Origin: the human T2T-CHM13v2.0 reference genome, Homo sapiens
DNA length: 64,000 nucleotides
Strand: one strand, 5' to 3'
NCBI RefSeq assembly: GCF_009914755.1
Contig: NC_060947.1
Positions 28,369 to 42,169 of the stretch are shown piece after piece. Every line of letters starts with the position of its first letter. Position 1 is the first letter of the stretch. The position numbers and the translations under genes are program-made. The notes under the pieces are model-generated. The model was not told where the DNA came from. It worked only from the letters and a program-made list of their open reading frames with translations, and did not search any database.

Positions 28369-29788
28369 CGGGGACGAAAAAATAGTTAGAAAGAATGAAA
28401 AGACCTACTATTTGATAGCACAACAATTGACTATAGTCAATAATAATTTAATTGTACATTTTAAAGTAACTAGAATAGTATAATTGGATTGTTTGTAACA
28501 CAAATAATAAATATTTGAGGAGATGGATACCCCATTTTCATGGTATAATTATTACACATTGCATGCCTGTATCAAAACATCTCATGTAACCCATAAATAT
28601 ACCTACTGTGTACCCACAAAAATTAAAACAAAAAATTTTAAAAAGCTAAAAAAACATATAATGTCTCCAAATGCAAGCACATGAAAAAAAGGCTCAAAAT
28701 TTTTAGCCATTATGAAAATGCAAATCAAAACCACAATGAGATACTGCTACATACATTAGAATGGCTAACATTAAAAAGACTGGCATACCAAGTGTTTGCA
28801 AGGAGCAACTAGAACTCTTATACATTGCTGAGGGAAATGCAAAACCATAGAATCGCTTTGAAAAATAATTTTTCAGTTTGGTAAAAAGTTAAACATACAC
28901 TTATGATTTCACCCAGCCATTCCACATGCAGGTATTTATTAAAGAGAAATAAAAGTGTATATCCACAAAAGGACTTGTACAAAAATATTCATAGTAGCTT
29001 TATATGTAATACCTGAAAAACAACTACAATTTCTATCAACAGGTAAATAAACAGCCACAAAAGTGAATGAAACACTCAACAACATTAATGAAACTCAAAA
29101 TAATTACACAGAATGAAAGAAGTAAGACAAAAAAAAGTACATACTGTATGATTCCATCAACATAAGGGTATAGAAAATGTAATTTAATCTATAGAAAAAT
29201 CTCCAAACTGCTTTCCACCATGGCTGAACTAATTTGCACTCCCACCGGCAGTGTATAAACATTCCATTTTCTATGCAGCCTCACCAGCATTCACTATTTT
29301 TGAATTTTTAATAATAGTCATCCTAATTGGTTTGTGGTGGTGGTATCTCATTGTTGCTTTAATTTCCATTTCTCTGATGATTAGTGATCATGAGTATTTT
29401 TTATATGTTTGTTTGTCACTTGTATGTTTTCTTTTGAAAATTGTCTGTTCCTGTCATTTTTAATGGGGTTATTTGTTTTTTGCTTATTCATTTGTTTAAG
29501 TTTCTCATAGTTTCTGGATATTAGACCTTTCTCAGATGCATAGTTTGCAAATATTTTCTCTCATTCTGTAAACTGTTCACTTTATTGATAGTTTCTTTTT
29601 CTGTGCAGAAGCTCTTTAGCTTAGTTAGGTGCCACTTGTCTATTTTTGTTTTTGTTGCAAATTCTTTTGAAGGCTTTGCCAAAAATTCTTTGTCAAAGCC
29701 AATGACTAGGTTTCTTTCTAGGATTTTTGCAGTTTGAAGTCTTACTTTTAAATCTTTAATGCAGCTTGAGTTAGTTTTTGTACATGAT

Positions 29789-30141
29789 TGTATAAGTCTG
29801 TTTTCATGGTCCTAATAAAGACATAACTGAGACAGTGTAATTTATAAAGGAAAGAGGTTTAATTGACTCACAATTCCACATGGCTGGGGATGCCTCACAA
29901 TCATGGTGGAAAGCGAATGAGGTGCAAAGTCACGTCTTACCTGGTGGCAGGCAAGAAAGCTGTGCAGAAAAACTCCCATTTATAAAACCATCAGATCTTA
30001 TGACTTATTCACTACCATAAAAACAGTGTAAGGGAAACCAACCACATGATTCAATTACCTCCACCTGGCCCTGCCCTTGACATATGGGGATTATTACAAT
30101 TCAAGGTGAAATGTGGGTGGGGACACAGCAAAACTATATCA
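29789..30141 (-). mobile_element. THE1 solo LTR
   Basis: tgtataagtctgttttcat...aaactatatca; perfect TSD atgat. Confidence 0.95.
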
Positions 30142-30156
30142 ATGATAAAATGTAAG

Positions 30157-30520
30157 TGATATGGCTTGGCTATATCACCACCCAAATCTCTTCTTGAATT
30201 GTAGCTCCTATAATCCTCACATGTCATGGGAGGGGCCCAGTGGGAGGTAACTGAATCACAGGAGCGGGTTTTTCCTATGCCCTTCTCATGATAGTGAATA
30301 AGTCCCACAAGATCTGATGGTTTTATAGAGGGAAGTGCCCCTGCACATACTCTCTTGTCTGCCACCATGTAAGACATGCTTTTGCTTCTCCTTCACCTTC
30401 TGCCATGACTGTGAAGCCTCCCCAGCCATGTGAAACTGTGAGACCATTAAACCTCTTTTTCTTTATAAATCTCCCAGTCTTGAGTATTTCTTGATAGCAG
30501 TATGAAAATGGACTAATGCA
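30157..30520 (+). mobile_element. THE1 solo LTR
   Basis: tgatatggcttggct...atggactaatgca; TSD gtaag/gtcag. Confidence 0.95.
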
Positions 30521-33500
30521 GTCAGGGTCCAGTTTTATTCTTCTGCATATGGCTAGCCAGTTATCCCAGCACTATTTATGGAATGAGGTAATGTTTCCCC
30601 ATTTCTTGTTATTGTTGGCTTTGTTGAACATCAGACAATGGTAGGTGTGTGGTATAATTTCCATGTTTTCTATTCTGTTTCATTGGTCTATGTGTCTGTC
30701 TTTGTACCAGTATGATGCTCTTTGGTTACTATAGCCTTATGGTATAGTTTGAAGTTGGGTAGTGTGATGCCTCTGGCTTTATTCTTTTTGCTTGGGATTG
30801 CTTTTGTGATTCAGAGTCTTTTTTGGTTCCATATAAATTTACAATAGTTTTCTTTCTAATTCTGTGAATAACAACTTTCATAGTTTGATAGGAATAACTT
30901 TGAATCTGAAAATTCTTTGGGCAGTATGACCATTTTAATGGTACTTAGTCTTCCTATCTATGAGCATGATATGTTTTTCCATTTATTTTGTCAACTCTGA
31001 CTTCTTTCAGCAATATTTTGTAGTTGTTCTTCTGGAGGTCTTTTACCTCCTTAGTTAGGAGTATTCCTAAGTATTTTATTTTCTTTATGGCTGTTATAAA
31101 TAGAATTGTATTATTGATTTGACTCTCACCCTGGAAACTATTGGCATATAAAAATGATACTAATCATTTGACATTGACTTTGTATTCTGAAACATTACTA
31201 GAATCATTTATCTATTCTAGTAGCCTTTTGGCAGAGTCTGTAGTGTTTTCTAGGTATAGTATCACATCATCATTGAATATAGTTTGATTCTTATTTTCCT
31301 ATTTGGATGGCTTTTATTTCTTTTCCTTTCCAGAGTGCTCTGGCTAGGACTTCCAATGCTACATTGAATATGAGTGGTGAGAGTGGGCTTCCTTGTCTTA
31401 TTCTAGTTCTCAAAGGGAATAATTCCCACTTTTGCCCATTCAGTATAATATTGTCCATGGGTTTGTCATAGATGGCTCTTATTATTTTGAGTTATGTTCC
31501 TGCAATGCCTAGTTTGTTGAGGGTTTTTGTCATGAAGAAATGTTGGGATTTTATCAAAAGCTTTTTTCTGCATCTATTGAGACTATATATATTTTTAATT
31601 CTGTTTATCTGGTGAATCACAGTTTTTGATTCGTGCATGTTGAACCATCCTTGCATCCCTATCCTGAAATTTTCTTTGTTGTGTCTCTGTCACATTTCAG
31701 TATTAGGCTGATGCTGACTTCATAGAAGGAGTTAGGAAGGAGCTCTACTCCTCAATCTTTTTGAATAGTTTCAGTTGGATAGGTACCACTTTTTCCTTGT
31801 ACATTTGGGAGAATTAAGCTGTGAATTCATCTGTCTAGCGCTTTTTTTGGTTGTTAGTTTTCTTACTACTGATTCAATTTCAGAGCATAATATTGGTCTA
31901 TTTAGGGTTTTCTCCCTGATTCGATCTTAGGAAATTGTTTGCAGAAATGTATACATTTTCTCTAGATTTTAAACTTGTGTTCATGACATTGTTTATACTG
32001 TTCTCTGAGGATCTTTTGTATTACTGTGGAATGAGTTGTAATGCCATCTTTGTCATTTTTGTATGTACTTATTTGGGTATTCTGGGTCTTTTTCTTTGTA
32101 AATCTAGTTAGTGGTGTATTAATCTTGTGTATTTTTTTTTCAGGAAATCAACTCTTGGTTTCACTGACCTTTTCATAAATTTTTTTGCATCTCAATTCTA
32201 TTCAGTTATTCTCTAGTTTTAGTTATTTCTTTTCTTCTGTTAACTTTGGGGTGGTTTGTTCTTTTATTATTGTTTCTTTAGGTGCAAAGTTAGCTAATTT
32301 GAGATCTTTCCAAGTTCTTAGTGAAGGCATGTAGTGCTGTAGTGCTATACTTTTTTCTTAACACTGATTTACCTGCATCCTAGAGATTTTGGTATGTTAT
32401 GTCTCTATTTTCATTCATTTTAAATATTTTTTTTATTTCTGCTTTAATTTTGATGTTCACCCAGTAGTTATTGAGAAGCAAGTTGTTTAATTTCCATGTA
32501 TTTGTATAGTTGTGAGAGATCTTCTTGATATTGATTTCTATTGTTATTGCACTGTGCTCCTTGTGTGTGCTTGGTATGAATTCAGTTTTTTTTTAATTTA
32601 TTGAGACTTGCTCTATGATTGAGTATGTGGTAAATCGTACAATATATTCTTGTGCAAATGAGAAGAATGTATATTCTGCAGTTTTAGAAAGGATTGTTCT
32701 GTGGATGCCTATTAGGTACAATTGGTCAACTGTTGGGTTTAAATCCACATTTTCTATGTTAGTAGTTTTTTTTCTCAAAGGTCTGTTTAATGCTGTCAGT
32801 GGGGTGTTGAAGTTTCCCTCTATTATTGGGTGGTTGCCTAAGTCTTTTCATAGGCCATAACGAACCTGTCTTATGAATTCAGGTGCCCCTATGTTGGGTG
32901 TATATATATTTAGGATAGTTGTCTTCTTGTTTGATTACCCTCTTTATCATTATGAAATGCCCTTCCCTGTTCTTCTTAATTTTTATTGGTTTAATATCTG
33001 TTTTATCTAATATAAAACTAGCAACTCTTGCTCTTTTTTGTTTTCTGTTTGATGGTATGTCTTTCTCTCTCCCTTTACCTTGAGGCTGTGGATGTCATTA
33101 CATATGAAATGGGTCTCTTGAAGACAGAAGATGCTTGGATCTTGTGCTTTTATGCAGCTGGCCACTCTATGCCTTTTAAATGTGGGCATTTTGCCAATTT
33201 ACACTCAGTGTTTTTGGATATGTGGGATTTTGACCTTATCGTGTTATTGTTAGCTGATTATTATGTAAACTTGATTGTGCAATTCCTTTACAGTGCCTGT
33301 GGGCTATATATTTGTGTGTCTTTGTGGCAGCAGATGCCATTCTTTTGAGTCCATGTTAAGCATTCTCTTAAGAACCTCTTATAAGGTAGATGTAGTTGAA
33401 ATGAATTCATTCAGCACTTGCTTCTCTGAGAAGGAGTTTATCTCTTTTTCACTTATGAAGCTTAGTGTGGTAGGATATAAAATTCTTGCATGGAATTTTT

Positions 33501-34373
33501 TTTTATTTAAAAAGACACTGAAAATGGAACCCTAAGTTCTTCTGTCTCATAAGGTTTCTGCTCAAATGTGTGTTGCTAGCCTGATGGGGTTCCCTCTGTA
33601 TGTAGCTTTACCCTTCTTTTTAGCTACCTTTAAGATTTTTCTTTTGCATTGTCTTTGGTGAATCTGATGACTATTTGCCTTGGGGATGGCAATCTTTTAT
33701 AGTATCTGTCTGGGGTTCCCTGTATTTCTTGGATTTGAATGTCAACCTCTAGCAAGATTGGGGAAATTTTTGTGGACTATATCCTCAAATATATTTTTCA
33801 AGTTGTTTATTCCCTCTGCTTTCTCAGGAATGCCAATGAGTTGTGGATTTGCTGTGTTTACATAATCCAATATTGCTCAGAAGTTTTTAAATTTTTTAAA
33901 ATTCCTTTTTCTTGATTTTTGTCTGACTGAATTGATTCAAGGAACCAGAAATTGAGCTTTGAGACTCTTTCCTCAGTTTAGTCTATTATGCTATAAATAC
34001 TTGTCATTGTATTATAAAATTCTTGTAGTAAATTTTTCAGCTCTAAATGTTCAGCTTGGTTCTTAGAATGGCTCTTGTATTATTTTACTGGATTCTATGG
34101 ATTCCTTGGCTTGGGTTTAAACTTTCTCCCAAATCTCAATGAGCTTCCTTGCTATCCAGATTCTGAATTCTATGTCAACTATTTTGGTCTTTTCAGACTG
34201 TTTAATAAACCTTGCTGGGGAGCTAGTGGACTCATTTTCACGTAAGGGTACACTCTGACATTTGAATTGGCAGAGTTCTTGTGCTGAATTTTTTTCTCCT
34301 CTGGGAAGGTTGGTGTTTCATTAACTGTGGTGTAAGTCAAGTATAGTCAGATGGCTTTATTTCTGGATGATTT

Positions 34374-35227
34374 TAAAACAGAAAAATTTCCCCTGACCCC
34401 TTCATGGTGAGGGGAACTGGAGTGTGGGCACTGGGGCTAGCTGGCCACTTTGGCCAGCTTCACTCACTCAGATCTACTGTGCTCCACCCCTCATGGGAAG
34501 GCAAGTGGAGCTGAGCCAGTGCAGGAGCCACAGCAAGAGCTGTTGGGCACTAGTAGGAGCAAAACTCCTTGCGGGTCCCAAGGCAGTGTCTTGGCGGGGA
34601 GTACTTGTGACACCCGAAGCCCCAGAAGGAATGTTACCATCAGTGATCTTTTAGCTTTGCCATCCACAAATGGCTTAAGTGCTCAACAGCTTAGTGGATT
34701 CTCTGCCTTTTCATGAGGGCAGATGGTTAGTGTGAACAGCCTTCTGTATCTCAAGCTCTTATTCAGCATCCAGAAAAAATCAGGTCACATGAACAAATCA
34801 AAGGATAGTAAATGTAGGATATTTTATTGCCAGTGGAAGTGGCTTTCAGTGGGAAGGGGAGGTGGAAAAGGGATGGAGTGGGAACGTATTCTTCCTCTGA
34901 AGTCCCACCATCTCCAGCCAGACTCTTCTCTGAAGTCCTGCTGTCAAGCCATTTCTCTGAAGTCAAGCTCCTTCTCTATGACATCCATCTGCTTCTCCTC
35001 TCAACATCCAGATGCTTTTTCTTCTCTGCCAGCTGGTTCAGGGATTTTTATGGGTACAAGATTGGGGGTGGGGTGGGCCATGGGTGGTTTTGGAAAAGGC
35101 AACATCTGAGTGGGAAAACAGGAATGCATGTTCTCAGTTTGGGCTGTGGTTCCAAGCTTGAGGGTGGGACTTCACCAGGGACCCCACCATTTTCTGCCTA
35201 GAATTTCTCTGTCTCCTGTCTCTATCA
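34374..35227 (-). mobile_element. ERV1 solo LTR (LTR28/LTR1/MER52 group)
   Basis: Minus strand begins tgatagagacaggagacagagaaattctaggcagaaaa...ccaccctcaagc; host L1 is continuous across it. Confidence 0.8.
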
Positions 35228-35985
35228 TTCTCAGAGGGCCAAGGCTCAGTGCAGGGTCTTTATCTGTGGCTGAATTCTTGCCCTGGATCTCTCAGCATGG
35301 TATATTATCGAAGTATTTTTGTTGTTGTAGTTTGGGCTGTGATCCAGTAGATGACACTTAAGAGTAATGGCTGGTAGAGAGGCTCATACTCAGCCATGTG
35401 GTTTCTTGGTATTTCCTTGCAAATGCAGATATATTCTGTGGTGTAGCATGGAGACTAGTGACCCCCTCACCAGGTCTACTTCTGGGCATTGGGGGAGCTC
35501 CCTCCAATCACTGGAACTGTACTCCTATTTATTTTGTTAAATATTTTAGGGTACAAGGTTCCTTCAGGCCAAGGCCATGGCAGGGAGTCAGGTCATACAT
35601 TTTCTGAGCTGGCCCTGTGGAGGAAGGCAGGTGCTGCTCCTATAGCAGCCCAGGAGCTTATGTGACTTACCACTTCCAGTCCTCTGAGAGTGTTGGCTCC
35701 TCTCCTGTTCAAATGACAGCCACAGATCTTGGCTTCATACACTCATGCTATGTACCATACTCCTAGGTCAAGCTCAGGCTTTTTGTTTTCTCCCCAGCAT
35801 AGGGGCAGCAAAAGCAGGAACAAAGGTGGTAGTAGTCCATCTTTTATTTATTTCTCTTCCTTTCTGCCTTCATTTGGGTTAATTGAACATTTTTATTTCA
35901 TTTCATGTTTTCTATTTACTCATTGTGGATATATTTAAACATTTATTTCTTGTCCTAGGGTATATAGCATACATTTAAATTGATA

Positions 35986-36177
35986 TCAGTCTGCCTTCAA
36001 ATAAAATAAGACCAATTTTTCATGTTTTGAAGCTGAGGCTGTTTCTATTTCATCAATCCGAAGATAATTCAGATGGAAAAATAAGAATTTGTGAGTAATT
36101 TTTATTTGTCTGAAGCAGGTACAACTATTTCTGATTTTTTCTCCATTATTCTTTCTTCTATAATGTAGACATAATAA
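35986..36177 (-). pseudogene. Candidate exon remnant
   Basis: Acceptor ccattgtattttcag| in frame with ORF 35986..36222 (LLCLHYRRKNNGEKIRN...LNYLRIDEIETASASKHEKL). Confidence 0.3.
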
Positions 36178-36852
36178 CTGAAAATACAATGGACATTTTA
36201 CTGTAACAAGAAACCAAACCACTAAGTAAGGTTGTTATGAATAAGAAAATAGAAGAGTAATTTTGATGAACAAAAATATAATACCAGAACTTTTTCACCT
36301 ATCACCATACATTTGGTTGTTTGAGTGAAAAAAAAACCTTGCTTATTAAGCAAGTATATTTCAGAATTTATTTTATGTACAGTAGCATACAAACAAACCT
36401 CACACACAGATACTACTGTTTGCCTTTTGCAAATGAAGACCTAATCAAAAAAGAAAATTACTTTGCTCATTGTTACACATTTTAAAAATATGAGCTGCAA
36501 TTTAAACCAAAACAATTTTATATTTCTTGTACACACAACTTATCTCAGGCTTGCAACTTTCAATAGTTTAATGCCTGTACTAATTCCAAAGTCTTCAATA
36601 AAATTGCTTTTTACTGCATTTTAATTTTTATACAGGTTAATTCCCTTGCTATTATTTTTTTTAATTTCTGGTGTTTCTTATAATTATTATTTGATATTAG
36701 AATTAAATTATATTATTTCAACTAGGAACAAGTCTACACACATCAATTTTACTAGATAGATAAAATCAACCAATTCAATCAATTTAATCAAGATTCAAAC
36801 CCAAGGCAGTATGGCTTAAGAATTTTTTCTATTAGCCACTCTACTATGCTCC

Positions 36853-39800
36853 TGGTTAGTCCATTCTTCCACTACTATAAAGAAATACCAGAGACTGGGT
36901 CATTGATTTTTTAAAAAATATTTAATTGGCTAATGGCTCTTCGAGCTATACAGGAAGCATGAGGAGGCTTCAGGAAGCTTTCAATCATGATGGAAGGCAA
37001 AGGGAGAGTGAACACGTCACCTGGCCAAAGCAAAAGGAAGAGAGAGATGGGGGGAGGTGCTGGACACTTTTAAACAACCAGATCTCATGAAACTCACTCA
37101 CCATGATGAGAACTTACCAAGGGGGATGGTATTAAACTATTCATGAGAAACCACCCTCTGATCTAATCCTCTAGCACCAGGCTCCACCTCCAGCACTGGG
37201 GATTACAATTGAACATGAGGTTTGGGAGGAAACACAGATCCAAACCCTATCATACTACCCCTATCCCCTCCCGAATCTCTTGACCATCTCACATTGAAAA
37301 ATATAACCATACCTTCTCAACAGTTCCCCAAAATCTTAACTTATTTGAGCATTAACTCAAAAGTCCATATTCCAAAGTCTCCTCAGGGACAAGGCTAGCC
37401 CCTTCTGCCTGTGTACACGTGTTTTAATCCATTCTCACACTGCTAATAAAGACATACCTGAGACTGGGTAATTTATAATGAAAGGTTTAATTGACTCACA
37501 GTTCCACATGGTTGGGGAGGCCTCAGGAAACATACAATCATGGTGGAAGGGGAACCAAACATGTCTTTCTTCACATGGTAGCAGGTAGGAGGACTGCCTA
37601 GCAAAGGGGAAAAAGCCTCTTATAAAAACATCAGGTCTCATGAGTATTCACTCACTATCATGAAAACAGCATGGGAAAAACCACCCCTATGATTCAATTA
37701 CTGCACACCGGTTCCCACCCTTGACACAGGGGGATTATTATAATTCAAGATGAAATTTGGGTTGGGACACAGGCAAAACATATCATTCCACCACTGGTTC
37801 ATCCTAAATCTCATGTCCTCACATTTAAAAACACAATCATGCCCTTCCAACAGTCCCCCAAAGTATTAACTCTTTCCAGCATTAACCCAAAAGCCCAAGT
37901 CCAAAGTCTCATCTGAGACAAAGCAAGTTCCTTCCACCTATGAACCTGTAAAATCAAAAGTAAATTATTTAGTTCCCAGATACAATGGAGGTACGGGTAC
38001 TGGGTAAATACACCCATTCCAAATGGGAGAAATTGTCCAAAAAGGGGCTACTGGCCCCATGCAAGTCCGAATTCCAACAAGGTAGTAATGAAATCTTAAA
38101 GCTCAAAAATGATCTCCTTTGACTCCATGTCTCACAGCCAGGTCATGCTGATGCAAAAGGTGGACTCCCATGGCCTTGGGAAGCTCCACCCCTGTGGCTT
38201 TGCAGGGTACGGTCCCCCTCCCGGCTGCTTTCACGGGCTGGCATTAAGTGTCTGCAGCTTTTTCAGGCACATGGTGCCAACCTTCGGTGGATCTATCATT
38301 CTGGGGTCTGAAGGATGGTGGCCTTCTTCTCACAGCTCCACTAGGCAGTGCCCTAGTGGGGACTCTGTGTGGGGGCTCCAACCCCACATTTTCCTTCCAC
38401 ATGTCTCTAGTAGAGGTTCTCCATGAGGGCTCCACTCCTGCAGCAAACTCCTGCCTGAACATCTAGGTATTTCCATACATCCTCTGAAATCTAGGCAGAG
38501 GTTCCCCAACCTCAATTCTTGACTTCTGTGCTCCTACAGGCCCAAAACCATGTGGAAGCCACCACGGCTTGGGGCTTGCACCCTCTCAAGCAATTGCCCA
38601 AGCTGTACCTTGGCCCCTTTTAGCCAAAGCTAGAGATGAAGCAACTGGAATGCTGGGCACCATGTCTCAAGGCTACATATAGCAGGGGTCCCTGGGCCCG
38701 GCACACAAAACCATTTTTCTCACATAGGCCTCTGGTCCTGTGATGGGAGGGGTTGCCATGCAGTCCTCTGACATGCCCTGGAGACATTTTCCCCATTGTC
38801 TTGGTGACTAACATTAGGCTCCTCTTTTCTTATGCAAATTTTTGCAGCAGGCTCAAATTTCTCTCCAGAAAATGGGTTTTCCTTTTCTTCTGCATTGTCA
38901 GGCTGTAAATTTTCCAAACTTTTATGCCCTGCTTCCTCTAGAATGCTTTGCCACTTAGAATTTTTTTTTTTTTCTACCAGCGACTCTAAATCATCTCTCT
39001 CAAGTTCAAAGTTCCACAGGTCTCTGGGACCGGGGCAAAATACTGGCTGTCTCTTTGCTAAAGAATAACAAGAGTCATCTTTGCTCCAGTTTCCAACAAG
39101 TTACTCATCTCCATCTGAGACCACCTCAGCCTGGACTTTATTGTTCATATTGCTATCAGCATTTTGGTCAAAGACATTCAACAAGATTCTGGGAAGTTCC
39201 AAACTTTCCCACATTTTCCTGTCTTCTTCTGAGCCCTCCAAACTGTTCCAACCTCTGCCTGTTACCCAGTTTCAAAGTTGCTTCTACATTTATGGGTATC
39301 TTTTTACCCAGTTTCAAAATTGCTTCCACATTTATGGGTATCTTTGCAGCAGTGCCCTACTACTCCAAGTACCAATTTACTGTATTAGTCTATTCTCATG
39401 CTGCTAATAAAGACATGCCCAAGACTGGGTCATTTATAAAGGAAAGATGTTTAATTGACTCATGGTTCAACATGGATGGGAAGGCCTCAGGAAACTTAGA
39501 ATTATGGCAGAAGAGGAAGCAAACATGTCCTTCTTCACATCGTGGCAGGAAAGAGAAGTGCTGAGCAAAAGAGACAAAGCCTCATATAAAATCACCAGAT
39601 CAAATACTCCCATTCCAACACGGAGAAATCAGCCAAAAGAAGGAGGCTACATGTTTTGTGCAATTCTAAAACCCATCAGGGCAGTAATTAAATCTTAAAG
39701 GTTAAAAATAAATTTCTTTTGACCCCATGTCTTACTTCCATGGCACACTGGTGCAAGGGGTGGGCTCCCAAGGCCTTGGATAGCTCTGCCCCTGTGGCTT

Positions 39801-41391
39801 TCCAAGATTCAGGTACAGTGGCTGCTCTCATGGGCTGGCATTGAGTGCCTGTGGCTTTTCCAGGTGCATGATGCCATCTGTTGGTGGCTTTATCATTCTG
39901 TGATCTGGAGGATGGCAGCCCTCTTCTCAGAGCTCCACTAGGCAGTGCCCCAGTAGGCAATCTGTGTGGGCGCTCCAGCCCTATGTTGCCCCTATGCACT
40001 GACTTACATATTCTCCATGAGGGCTCTGCTCCTGCAGCAGGCTTCTGCATGGGCATCCAGGCTTTTCCATACATTGTTTACAATCCAGGCGGAGGCTCCC
40101 AAGCCTCACCTCTTACGCTCCATGCACCTGCAGGTTTAACACCATGTGAAAGCCACCAAATCTTATGCCTTGTGCCCTCTGAAGCAGTGACCCCAGCTGT
40201 ACTTGGTCCCCTCTGAGCCATGGCTGGAGATTGAGCAGCTGAGGTGCAGGGAGCTGTGTCCAAAGGCTGCACAGGGAAGTGGGGCCCAGGATCTGGCTCA
40301 CAAAACCACTCTGTCCTTCTGTTCTCCTGGCCTCCAGGCCCGTGATGGGAGGGGCTGTCTCAAAGGTCTCTGAAATGCCTTCCAGGTCCTTTCCTCATTG
40401 TCTTGGCGATCAGAATTTGCCTTCTTTTTAGTTATGCAAATTTCTGCAGCCTGCTTGAATTCCTTCCCAGAAAGTGGTTTTCTCTTTTCTACTATGGCCA
40501 AGCTGCAAATTTTCCAAACTTTTATGCTTTGCTTCCCTTTAAATGTAAGTTCCTGTTACACATTATTTATTTGCTCGCCCATATGAGCTTGGGCTGGTAG
40601 AAGCAGCCAGGCCACATCTTGAACACTTTGCTGCTTAGATATTTCTTCTACTACACAAAATAAATTATCACTCTCAAGTTGAAAGTTCCACAGATCCCTA
40701 GAGCAGAGACACAATGCTGCCAGGTTCTTTGCTAATGCATAACAAAAGTCATCTTTGCTCCAGTTCCCAATCCCTCATTTCCATCTTAGATCTCCTCAGC
40801 CTGGACCTCATTGTCCTTTTCAATATCAGCATTTTGGTCACAAGTATTTAACAAATCTCTAGGAAGTTCCAAACTTCCCCTCATTTTCCTGTCTTCTTCT
40901 GAGTCCTCCAAACTGTTCCAACCTCTGCCCATTACCCAGATCCAAAGCTGCTTTCACATTTTCAGGTATCTTTATAACAATTCCCCACTTCTCTGGTGCC
41001 AATTTTCTGTATAAGTTCATTCTTGCATTGCTAAACTATAGATATACACACACACACACATATATATATAGCTGAGAAGTGTCTTCTCAGCTTCTGTAGA
41101 GGCCTCAGTAAACCCACAATCATGGCAATAGGTGAAGGGGGAAGCAGGCACATCTTACATGGCTGCAGCAGGAGCAAGAGAGAGCAAGCTGGGAGGTACT
41201 TCACACTTGAAAAGAAACAGATCTCATGAGCACTCACTCACTATCACGAGAACTTTCTGAGGGGGATGGTGTCAAATCATTCATGAGAAACTGTCCGGTG
41301 ATCCAATCACCTTTCACCAAGCCCCACCTCCAACACTGGGAATTACAATTGAATGTGAGATTTCGGTGGAAAACAGATGCAAAGCATATCA
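36853..41391 (-). mobile_element. Full MSTA-type MaLR provirus (LTR 36853-37252, internal, LTR 41008-41391) interrupted by a THE1 provirus
   Basis: Two MST LTRs in the same orientation, internal sequence at 37253-37415 and about 39600-41007; both flanks contain ctcc. Confidence 0.88.
37420..39600 (-). mobile_element. THE1 provirus (LTR 37420-37785, internal to 39380, truncated LTR 39381-39600)
   Basis: cacactgctaataaagacatacctgagactggg LTR starts; THE1-int ORF remnants (GLEPPHRVPTRALPSGAVRRRPPS). Confidence 0.9.
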
Positions 41392-41989
41392 CTCCCTTAG
41401 AAAGGATACATAATTTTCCCATACCAAGGTCAATAATTTTGTTAAGTAAGGATAAAATTCCACCTGGGTCTGACTCCAAAGACAGCACGGCCTTTGGAGA
41501 GGAAAGTAGAAAGACATGGATATTTCATATGTAACTTTTCCATTATTCATTGTATTTAGGTAACCAGTTTCTCATTTTCTAGATATATCTATAGAAGCTA
41601 TGATAAGCATAGGACTATATGAAGCTCTCAGTGTTAAAACCTGCCAGTAACAAATAAATAAATAGCTCATAGAAACATTGTGGTCTTAGCAGCGAGCTTC
41701 ACAGTTATGATTGGGAGACTAGAGGCAGTGACTGGTGAATAAATAATGGATCTTTTAAAATGACCCTTTCTATGGTTGAACAGATTCCACCATGTATCAC
41801 CGAATTCATCCAAAAGTAGAATTCAGTTTGAGGTCAGATAACGTAATTTGGAGGAGTTAATACATTGAAAAAAATATGTCAGGATTCAAAAAAAAGTCAT
41901 CCATGTGAGGGGAGCATATTAGGTAAAGGAACAGAGGAGGGTTTTGCACGTTTTAATTCTCAAAGGAAAATAAATACAAATGAATTATT

Positions 41990-42150
41990 AAAGGCTCTCC
42001 AGTGTGTGGTTAAGGCACCAACAAGTACGGGAAATTTTAGTTGAATAAAGCTCAACATTATACAGACATATGATGTAGCTTCCAAAAAAGCATGAAAAAT
42101 TTAGGCTACATTTGCAGGAGTATAAAATAACTGGTGTAATATAGAAGATA
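41990..42150 (+). mobile_element. L3/CR1 fragment
   Basis: atgatgtagcttccaaaaaagcatg...ttaggctacatttgcaggagtata resembles the CR1 core. Confidence 0.45.
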
Positions 42151-42169
42151 GACCTTTCATATTTTCTTA

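Larger units (their letters stand above)
25050..29195 (+). mobile_element. Fragmented old L1M (5' end, ORF2 pieces, 3' ends) with nested LTRs
   Basis: ORF 26926..27237 ends AEIDKLILQCIWKLKGPRITKTILP (L1 ORF2); L1MA-type 3' end at about 27740-28640; L1MC/MD-type 3' end at 28680-29195. Confidence 0.8.
29196..35830 (-). mobile_element. Near full-length degenerate L1 (L1PB/old L1PA-like) lacking its 3' terminus, with three nested LTRs
   Basis: ORFs 32593..32778 and 33007..33189 (IFCLQETH, HRTILSKTAEYTFFS) are L1 endonuclease; collinear antisense ORF2, ORF1 and 5' UTR. Confidence 0.9.

Noticed and set aside
34424-35361. Overlapping 70-128 aa ORFs
   Set aside because: They lie within an ERV1 LTR and the L1 5' UTR.
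37811-41014. Dense cluster of ORFs on both strands
   Set aside because: THE1/MST internal sequence remnants.
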